Virus record (IMG/VR): IMGVR_UViG_3300044646_001050
Coordinates: 1 to 29,200 of that record
Length of the DNA: 29,200 nt
Source: a virus
Taxonomy: Duplodnaviria > Caudoviricetes
Strand: one strand, 5' to 3'
Shown: positions 20,446 through 26,715 of the stretch, piece after piece
Layout: each line of letters opens with the position of its first letter
How positions within the stretch are numbered: the stretch's first letter is position 1
The notes under the pieces: generated by a model
The model's input: the letters and a program-made list of their open reading frames with translations, nothing else
Told to the model about the DNA's origin: nothing
Database searches by the model: none
Made by a program: the position numbers and the translations under genes

Positions 20446-22658
20446 TAAAAATCCCACAATTTTGTAATATCATTTAACATACCGGTTAATCCGGTACTAG
20501 TGTTAAATGTTTGTTCTGGTGTTGATTCCTGTTTACTTTCTTGTAGAGGCATTCGTTGTCCTTTTAATTTTTGTACAAATTCACCGCCATTAAATGTACT
20601 AACAACAGTTCGTATTTTATACATCCCACTATATTGCATAACTGGCGCTGTTTTTGATTTACCACCAAAATCATACATACCGGATTGTTGATTTATATCA
20701 ATTGGTGTTCTAAAATTAACACTAATTACTACTTCCCCATTTTGATAATTAACAGAACCATCTGCATTCAAATTCATATATTGCGTAGGTTTTGATGTAT
20801 AATTACCCATTCCACTCTGTACAATGAAATATGGATCTCCAATTATTGTCATATCTAAGTTTATTAAATCATAGCCACGAGTTACTGCATCCATAAACAA
20901 TCTACCAGCTCTAGTAGCTTCAGTTTCTACGCCACCACCGCCTTTTTTATCAGTGCCAGTTATTGTTCCAATATAATTTACAATAGTCGGAATAACCCCA
21001 AGTTCTTTACTAGGTGCATTTCCTTTCCCTAAAAGTAAACTAGCAGATGATTGTTCTGATTTCCCACTCATTTCAGCTGCTTGTTTTATATCTTGTGATT
21101 TTCGTCCACCATCAGCAGCCATTACCGAAGAAAATCCATTATTGATTTTTATTTCAAAATTTTTAACATCTACATTTTTTCCTGTATAAATGTAATTGTA
21201 TTCTTTAACTACTTGTTTCTTAAGGTTATCGTACCCAGGTGGTTTAGTATTTGGTGGCATCATATTTCCAGCATGAGCATTATATGGGACTACTCTATAC
21301 ACATATAATTTTGGTTTAACACCTTGTTCGACAGTTTCTTTTGATCCTAAGTTATAGGTTTGAACATCAATTCGCCATAATGTACGATAACCTTCTGCTG
21401 TTAAATTTGCTGCATTAAATGTATCTTTAATAAAATCACTTTGTAATAATACCTGGTTTATTGCATTAGGAATATCAGTATCTTGTGCAAATTTAAAATC
21501 ACTCTCTTTTACATCAATAGTATTCTGTGCTCGTATAAACCCACCTGATTTCTCATCATATACTGCGTTTTCTTTCCCGATAGGAGTTGTACCAGTTCTA
21601 TATTCATTAAACCCAGAACTTGCTTTTCCTATTACATTACAGTCTTTCGCATCCTGTACTAGTGATTGATTTACAGTGCTTCTAGTAACTCCTAATTTTT
21701 TAAATATAGAGCTATCTGAACTATTGGCAGGATCAGTTACAGCTGACGAGTTATTTTCTTTCTTTGATGAATCAGCATTTGACGATGAGGAAACATCTTG
21801 TGGAAATAATATTAATATTTCATCTGCTACGCTTACTAATTTTTGATCAACTAGTTGTTTATATCGTTGATTAACAACCGCTTGTAAACTTTTTTCACCT
21901 GTTTGTAATATTTCTTGTACTGTCTTTCCTTTAATCGAGATTTCACTTTTAAATTTGGCAACGTTATCGGCTAATGCCGCTTGATTATAAGGCATTGCTT
22001 CACACGTATAAACACTACCAGTTTCATTAACTATCATAGTAATATCTGTAAATTTAAATGGTATTCGTTTACTAGTACCATTAATACTATCAATTTGCCC
22101 AGTTTCTTTATTTCCCTTAAAATCGATTGATAATAAAAATGGGGCATCACGCCAATTGTCATGTCCTAACTCTTGAGCAAGTTGTTGTACTGCTATAATA
22201 AACAATCCCATACTATATGGTTCTGTTATTTTAAATCGTATTTTACTTACATTAGTGTTAAATCCTTTCATAAACCCAATTATACTTTCCAACTCAACAT
22301 CATCAATAAAGAAATCAAATCTACCATATGGAGTATTCACTCTATTTGAAGGATCCGCATTTGCAGATTTACATATTAATGGTAATCTTTTACCAGATAG
22401 ATATGAGGTGTCTGGATTATGTAAGTCATCATCAGTTAATCCAGCAATACCAAGAGTATATGTATATGATGCATATGCAAATAATGGATTTGGTAATGGG
22501 AATTTCTGTTCTGGTATTTTTGTAAATATAGAGCCAATTGATTTTAACTCACCTGATATCATATCAGTTATAGATGATAATCCATTAACTGGTACTATTT
22601 CTGATATTTTTTTAGCTAGTGATATACCAGCTGTTGTTGCACCTATTATATCTGTCAT
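20445..22658 (-). CDS. Probable baseplate hub protein (gp27 / P2 gpD-like), 737 aa
   Basis: Lies between the LysM wedge and spike genes. Motifs FKITEPYSMGLF, APFLLSIDFKG, KEYNYIYTGKNVDV, LDMTIIGDPYFI and YSGMYKIRTVVSTFNGGEFVQKL; the last resembles the hub C-terminal G.Y.I..V.H.F....F...L. Confidence 0.75.
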   Translation of the reverse strand: MTDIIGATTAGISLAKKISEIVPVNGLSSITDMISGELKSIGSIFTKIPEQKFPLPNPLFAYASYTYTLGIAGLTDDDLHNPDTSYLSGKRLPLICKSANADPSNRVNTPYGRFDFFIDDVELESIIGFMKGFNTNVSKIRFKITEPYSMGLFIIAVQQLAQELGHDNWRDAPFLLSIDFKGNKETGQIDSINGTSKRIPFKFTDITMIVNETGSVYTCEAMPYNQAALADNVAKFKSEISIKGKTVQEILQTGEKSLQAVVNQRYKQLVDQKLVSVADEILILFPQDVSSSSNADSSKKENNSSAVTDPANSSDSSIFKKLGVTRSTVNQSLVQDAKDCNVIGKASSGFNEYRTGTTPIGKENAVYDEKSGGFIRAQNTIDVKESDFKFAQDTDIPNAINQVLLQSDFIKDTFNAANLTAEGYRTLWRIDVQTYNLGSKETVEQGVKPKLYVYRVVPYNAHAGNMMPPNTKPPGYDNLKKQVVKEYNYIYTGKNVDVKNFEIKINNGFSSVMAADGGRKSQDIKQAAEMSGKSEQSSASLLLGKGNAPSKELGVIPTIVNYIGTITGTDKKGGGGVETEATRAGRLFMDAVTRGYDLINLDMTIIGDPYFIVQSGMGNYTSKPTQYMNLNADGSVNYQNGEVVISVNFRTPIDINQQSGMYDFGGKSKTAPVMQYSGMYKIRTVVSTFNGGEFVQKLKGQRMPLQESKQESTPEQTFNTSTGLTGMLNDITKLWDF

Positions 22659-22659
22659 G

Positions 22660-22962
22660 TTATAATCCCAGTACAGTTCTTAAACTACTGTTTTTTGGTA
22701 TGTATATGTTTTTACCTGGTGTGAAATCAAATACTGGATCTTGTAAAACATCCAAATTTCGCTGAATAAAAACCCACCATAATCCAGCATCACCATATAG
22801 ATCAAATGCTAATAAATCAGGTCTATAAGTGTATTGCGCTTCAATCGTATATAAAAAATCATCAACTTCTGCACTTACTGGTCTGATTGTCAATGTATCC
22901 AAATAGTTTTGTTTCAATTGAGTGTTATACCATGGACTATTATTAGAATATCTAGTTGTCAT
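22660..22962 (-). CDS. gp53: LysM-domain baseplate wedge protein, T4 gp53 / P2 gpX-like
   Basis: YTIEAQYTYRPDLLAFDLYGDAGLWWVFIQRN...DPVFDFTPGKNIYIP is the gp53/LysM signature. Confidence 0.88.
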   Translation of the reverse strand: MTTRYSNNSPWYNTQLKQNYLDTLTIRPVSAEVDDFLYTIEAQYTYRPDLLAFDLYGDAGLWWVFIQRNLDVLQDPVFDFTPGKNIYIPKNSSLRTVLGL

Positions 22963-23963
22963 TAAATATACCCCACTGAATTATTTAAATATCCACCAGA
23001 CACAAATCTATCTAAACTAAATTTACGGGCACTATCTCTACTGTAAACTGGTTGTAATGTCACCGTAAATGTGCTTTTTGTAGGAACGTGTGTTACACCA
23101 CCATTTGTTGTACCACCAATTCCCAACGAACCTAAAACACTTGCAGTTTGACCAACAATTCCCAATCCTTCTGAAATATTATTGGCTAAACCAGATAACC
23201 CTGAAATACTACCACCCAATGTATCTGATAAACTTCCTAATGAGTCAGCTATTCCAGAGATTTCCCCTGCCAAACTACCAACCACATTACACCCAATATA
23301 ATCACATTCTGCATTTAATTGAATATCAATATTAGTAACAACAACTGGAACATTCTTGAAAACATAATTCCCATATCCATTTAAGTAAATAACCGGTGGA
23401 GGATTCCCAGCTTTAGGGTCATTTCCAGTAAACATCTTAGTTAAAGATCTTAAATAATGCAATGCTGCAATCCAATACAACGCCTGTGTTGAATCTTCAA
23501 CATTCATTGGAGCAATGATTTGTATCGCTCCTGGGTCACTGTTTTTATAGGATCTAAATGCGTAATTTGTATGAACTGGTGATGTACTGGTATATGTTGC
23601 TGAACTTTTTATAGTAATCTGTGGAGTATATGGAAAAATCAACCCACCTGCTTCTTTTAGCGGTGCTAAGACAGGACTAGACTTAAATGAAACCCAACTA
23701 GCAAGACTTAACCGTACTCGCCAATCATCTGAGTTAGCATCACCACCAAATGAGGAAACCGCAGACATGATATCACCTATCGCTTCACCAGCTGCGGGAA
23801 TGTTAACACTTCGTATTGCACTTAAAACACCACCAGAACTATATGAAGATGATAAGGCAGCTTTTAGATTTTGTGCTGTATTAACAGCAGAACCAATCGA
23901 TCCAATTGCATTTTGTGCAGTTGATATGTTAGATTGTAAACTTTGTCCTAAATTAATTGACAT
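22962..23963 (-). CDS. Probable tail-tube initiator / baseplate tube cap (gp48/gp54-like, CIS tube fold), 333 aa
   Basis: GLIFPYTPQI...PVHTNY, LRSLTKM, GNPPPVIYLNGYGNYVFKNVPVVV and VPTKSTFTVTLQP motifs; first gene of the operon, directly ahead of the LysM gene. Confidence 0.72.
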   Translation of the reverse strand: MSINLGQSLQSNISTAQNAIGSIGSAVNTAQNLKAALSSSYSSGGVLSAIRSVNIPAAGEAIGDIMSAVSSFGGDANSDDWRVRLSLASWVSFKSSPVLAPLKEAGGLIFPYTPQITIKSSATYTSTSPVHTNYAFRSYKNSDPGAIQIIAPMNVEDSTQALYWIAALHYLRSLTKMFTGNDPKAGNPPPVIYLNGYGNYVFKNVPVVVTNIDIQLNAECDYIGCNVVGSLAGEISGIADSLGSLSDTLGGSISGLSGLANNISEGLGIVGQTASVLGSLGIGGTTNGGVTHVPTKSTFTVTLQPVYSRDSARKFSLDRFVSGGYLNNSVGYI

Positions 23964-23986
23964 GATTTTTTCCTATTTCATCTCTT

Positions 23987-23993
23987 TATTTAG
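23987..23993 (-). promoter_or_regulatory. Putative late promoter (CTAAATA) at the head of the baseplate operon
   Basis: Minus strand reads ACTAAATAAAGAGATGAAATAGGAAAAAATCATG: motif 23 nt upstream of ATG 23963, with SD AGGA. Confidence 0.65.
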
Positions 23994-24022
23994 TTGACAA
24001 AAACAACGCATCATGCTATAAT
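23994..24022 (+). promoter_or_regulatory. Consensus sigma70/sigmaA promoter for the late sigma factor gene
   Basis: TTGACA (23994-23999), 17-nt spacer, TATAAT (24017-24022) with extended -10 TG (24014-24015); SD AAGGA before ATG 24046. Confidence 0.9.
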
Positions 24023-24045
24023 TTACTAGAATATAAGGATATATA

Positions 24046-24876
24046 ATGACAACCACCCCTAAAAACTATCTTAACAATAAGGACATGTTACTAGAGATAC
24101 ACAGATCAAAAACATCATATTGCAGCTTTGTTGATAAAAGTTATCACCAATATGATATAATTTTACCAAGCTTAGATAAGATAAACGTTCGTTCAATAGC
24201 AGAAGCAAAACGTAACCAAGCAAAAAGATTGTCAGAAACTGATTATTCTACTAGAAAAGCAGCAGGTGAAAAAATAAAACTATCCGACTGTGAAATAAAC
24301 TATAAAAAAATACCAAAAACTGATTTAATATTTAGAATTATGTCTTATGACCACATCCCAGCGGAACACGGGCGTAAGAAAAACCCAAAATCTGAAGCAG
24401 ATAAAAGAGCAAAAGTTAACTTCAAGCCATTCCAACATTGGAAATTTGATGAAAATGATAACTTAGTATGTGTAGGAAAAAGTCATTGGAAAGGAGACTT
24501 AGAAACTGGATACTTTGATAAAAATGCAGGAAAAATAACAGATACATTGGCAAGAATGATGCTAAAATTATGTGAAAGATATGCTACTCGTGGAAACGTG
24601 AGAGGATATACTTACAATGATGAAATGCGAGGTCAAGCAATTTTACAGTTGACCCAAATTGGATTACAATTCGATGAATCAAAATCCGATAACCCGTTTG
24701 CTTATTTTACAGCAGCGGTCACTAACTCGTTTGTTAGAGTTATTAATATTGAAAAAAGAAATCAAAATATTAGAGATGATATTTTGGAAATGAATGGACT
24801 TAACCCATCGTTTACTCGTACCAATTCGGGTGATTTTGAAGCTGGTGAAAGACGATATAACGATGATCATGAATAG
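24046..24876 (+). CDS. gp55: Late-transcription sigma factor, T4 gp55-like, with a large N-proximal insertion (276 aa)
   Basis: NYLNNKDMLLEI matches the gp55 N-terminus (NYVNNKELL). LARMMLKLCERYATRGNVRGYTYNDEMRGQA...FDESKSDNPFAYFTAAVTNSFVRVINIEKR matches the gp55 core. T4-like synteny with gp47/gp46. Confidence 0.92.
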   Translation: MTTTPKNYLNNKDMLLEIHRSKTSYCSFVDKSYHQYDIILPSLDKINVRSIAEAKRNQAKRLSETDYSTRKAAGEKIKLSDCEINYKKIPKTDLIFRIMSYDHIPAEHGRKKNPKSEADKRAKVNFKPFQHWKFDENDNLVCVGKSHWKGDLETGYFDKNAGKITDTLARMMLKLCERYATRGNVRGYTYNDEMRGQAILQLTQIGLQFDESKSDNPFAYFTAAVTNSFVRVINIEKRNQNIRDDILEMNGLNPSFTRTNSGDFEAGERRYNDDHE

Positions 24877-24894
24877 CATGAAAAATTCATAATA

Positions 24895-24927
24895 TATGAT
24901 ATGAATACGAATCGTATTCATATCATA
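24895..24927. repeat. Perfect 16-bp inverted repeat (33-bp quasi-palindrome) between the convergent gp55 and HNH genes
   Basis: TATGATATGAATACGA-A-TCGTATTCATATCATA read directly; followed by an A-run up to the HNH stop codon. Confidence 0.95.
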
Positions 24928-24934
24928 AAAAAAA

Positions 24935-25573
24935 TCAAATATAAGACCAATTCTGAAATTTTTTACTACCACTTTTGCATCTTTTACAAACATTATTAGC
25001 TGTTATATTATGTGAGATCCCAGCATCTTGTAGTGAATTATAAATAATTCCATTAATTAGTACCTTTTTATATTGTTTAGGTCTATTTTTCATTTTTTCA
25101 TAAAATTCAGGATTTTTCCATAATTCTTTTCTGTAAATCGATAAACGGCGTTTAAATTCCTCATTATTTTTGAGCTTCATCAATCCAGCCAATGCAGCGG
25201 TTCTATATTCATAATTAGTTTTCCATTCGTGTTTTAATTTATCACTTTTCAATTGCTTCAAGTATGCATATATCCTTGATGAAGTTTTGAATGTTCGGTC
25301 ATGATTAGTAGTTTTCCATCTTAAAAATGATGATGCTGCATGTATCATCTTATATTGATCTTTACCACATGTAATTTTAATCAATAACAAATGACATATA
25401 TAATGCTCTCTTGCTGTTAATTGTACTAAATTTAATTTTGTATTGTCACCACCCATACTTTTTGGTATTATATGATGTTTTTCAACATACATATCGGTAG
25501 GCAAAATTCGGTGTTGTGCATTATATATAATAGAAAAATACCACTTTTTATACTTATTATCAATAAATATCAT
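24935..25573 (-). CDS. Freestanding HNH homing endonuclease (Mob-like) with C-terminal NUMOD1/IENR1-like HTH, 212 aa
   Basis: EKHHIIPKSMGGDNTKLNLVQLTAREHYICHLLL (HNH core); basic helical linker; KKVLINGIIYNSLQDAGISHNITANNVCKRCKS (HTH DNA-binding module); SD GGAG 8 nt upstream of ATG. Confidence 0.9.
   Translation of the reverse strand: MIFIDNKYKKWYFSIIYNAQHRILPTDMYVEKHHIIPKSMGGDNTKLNLVQLTAREHYICHLLLIKITCGKDQYKMIHAASSFLRWKTTNHDRTFKTSSRIYAYLKQLKSDKLKHEWKTNYEYRTAALAGLMKLKNNEEFKRRLSIYRKELWKNPEFYEKMKNRPKQYKKVLINGIIYNSLQDAGISHNITANNVCKRCKSGSKKFQNWSYI
25562..25569 (+). promoter_or_regulatory. Candidate late promoter (AATAAATA) embedded antisense in HNH codons 2-4
   Basis: HNH begins ATG ATA TTT ATT; the reverse complement gives AATAAATA, identical to the motif upstream of gp6. 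Expected start ~25575, at the base of hairpin 1. Confidence 0.4.
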
Positions 25574-25574
25574 T

Positions 25575-25637
25575 ACTGTAACTCCACTTAGTTATAGAGC
25601 AGTTAGATATCCCCATATCGTGAACTGCGTTTCTTAT
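25575..25637 (+). ncRNA. Candidate ~60-nt two-hairpin cis-antisense RNA, or structured leader of the HNH gene (strand not certain)
   Basis: Hairpin 1: CTGTAACT-ccactt-AGTTATAG (25576-25597; 8 bp including one G.U on the plus strand). Hairpin 2: GCAGTT-a-GATAT-cccc-ATATC-gtg-AACTGC (25599-25628). Then GTTTCTTAT. Confidence 0.5.
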
Positions 25638-25643
25638 AAATCC

Positions 25644-25672
25644 TTGACTTATGGTTTAACAGATGTTATAAT
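25644..25672 (+). promoter_or_regulatory. sigma70/sigmaA promoter for gp47-gp46
   Basis: TTGACT (25644-25649), 17-nt spacer, TATAAT (25667-25672) with extended -10 TG (25664-25665); SD AAGGA upstream of ATG 25705. Confidence 0.88.
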
Positions 25673-25679
25673 GTCCTTT

Positions 25680-25687
25680 TATTTATA
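25680..25687 (-). promoter_or_regulatory. Perfect T4-type late promoter TATAAATA oriented toward the HNH gene
   Basis: Plus-strand TATTTATA; intergenic, ~106 nt upstream of the HNH ATG; overlaps the palindrome ATTTATAAAT (25681-25690). Confidence 0.6.
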
Positions 25688-25704
25688 AATTCCAAGGATG
25701 GACA

Positions 25705-26715
25705 ATGAACTTATTCCACAAAGCAGCCTGTTTCACGGATATTCATTACGGCGCTAAAAGCAATAGTGAAATACACAATCAAGATTGTTTAGATTTTACT
25801 AAATGGTTTATAGAAGTTTCTAAACAACAAAATTGTGAAACTTGTATAATTCTAGGTGATTATCACAATAATAGATCAACAATAAATACACGGACATTAG
25901 ATTATATGCTTAAAAGTTTTGAATTGTTAAGCACTGCGTTTGAAAACACTTATATAATCCAAGGAAACCATGATTTATTTTTTAAAGATAAACGTGATAT
26001 CTCCAGTATAAAATGGGCATCCCATATAAAAAATATACATGTAATAGAAAAAGTTTCTTCTATTGGTAATGTAACATTATGTCCTTGGTTGGTCGGGGAT
26101 GAATGGAAATTACTTAACAAAATAAGTGGAAAATACATTTTTGGTCATTTTGAATTACCATCATTCTTTATGAATTCTCTCGTCCAAATGCCAGATCACG
26201 GTGAAATTAGCTTGGAACAATTCCAAAACTATGAACTTGGATTTAGTGGACATTTTCATAAAAGACAAAATCGTGGAAATATGCATTATATTGGTAATGC
26301 ATTTCCCCATAATTATGCAGATACGTGGGATGATGATCGTGGGATGATGATTTTAGAATGGGGTGGACAACCAGAATATCATGCATGGCCTAACCAGCCG
26401 ACATTTAGAACTGTAAAACTTAGTCAATTAATTGATGATGCTGATAAAATTCTAAAACCAAAACAACATTTAAGAGTTACATTAGACATTGATATTAGTT
26501 TTGAAGAAGCTAGTTTTATTAAAGAAAAATATGTTGGTGATTATAGACTGCGTGAATTAACACTAATCGCTGAGAAAAAAGCAGTTGAAATTAATACAGA
26601 TATCGATGTTCAAGCATTTGAAAGTATTGATACTATTGTAGCAAACCAAATCGTGAGTATCGAGTCAGATACTTTTAACAAAAACACTTTATTAGAAATT
26701 TATAACGGATTATGA
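25705..26715 (+). CDS. gp47: Recombination endonuclease subunit, Mre11/SbcD-like (T4 gp47)
   Basis: Metallophosphoesterase motifs TDIHYG, LGDYHNNR, GNHD, GHFE and SGHFH; ATGA overlap with gp46. Confidence 0.95.
   Translation: MNLFHKAACFTDIHYGAKSNSEIHNQDCLDFTKWFIEVSKQQNCETCIILGDYHNNRSTINTRTLDYMLKSFELLSTAFENTYIIQGNHDLFFKDKRDISSIKWASHIKNIHVIEKVSSIGNVTLCPWLVGDEWKLLNKISGKYIFGHFELPSFFMNSLVQMPDHGEISLEQFQNYELGFSGHFHKRQNRGNMHYIGNAFPHNYADTWDDDRGMMILEWGGQPEYHAWPNQPTFRTVKLSQLIDDADKILKPKQHLRVTLDIDISFEEASFIKEKYVGDYRLRELTLIAEKKAVEINTDIDVQAFESIDTIVANQIVSIESDTFNKNTLLEIYNGL

Larger units (their letters stand above)
24895..25690 (-). mobile_element. Putative homing-endonuclease cassette inserted antisense between gp55 and gp47 (boundaries approximate)
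   Basis: HNH gene opposite to flanking core genes, with a structured leader, its own late promoter motif and a downstream palindrome. No target-site duplication seen. Confidence 0.55.

Noticed and set aside
1-23963. Bacterial eCIS, tailocin or T6SS locus
   Set aside because: Adjacent gp55, gp47/gp46, homing endonucleases and T4-type late promoters indicate a lytic phage genome.
1167-23997. Short alternative-frame and plus-strand ORFs inside the structural genes (e.g. 7539-7982, 16403-16729, 19939-20280, 22255-22665, 2002-2256)
   Set aside because: All overlap long, motif-rich ORFs, have no recognisable motifs or expression signals, and are expected antisense or frame shadows of codon bias.
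24679-24993. 104-aa minus-strand ORF bridging HNH and gp55; also 25950-26138
   Set aside because: It overlaps gp55, the palindrome and the HNH 3' end; composition reflects AT-rich antisense sequence; no SD.
25584-25628. tRNA-like look of ACTTAGTTATAGAGCAGTT (similar to a D-arm AGCTCAGTTGGTAGAGCA)
   Set aside because: No acceptor stem, no T-arm GTTCRA and no 7-nt anticodon loop; the two-hairpin model explains the pairing better.
24935-25640. HNH as an IscB/HEARO-type RNA-guided nuclease or an intron-encoded enzyme
   Set aside because: No PLMP or split RuvC motifs; the adjacent structured region is only ~60 nt; flanking genes are intact with no group I intron features.
25640-25699. ATCCTTG / CAAGGAT inverted repeat that could mask the gp47 SD on read-through RNA
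   Set aside because: Only 7 bp across a ~46-nt loop, and the 5' arm is upstream of the sigma70 start; too weak to claim.
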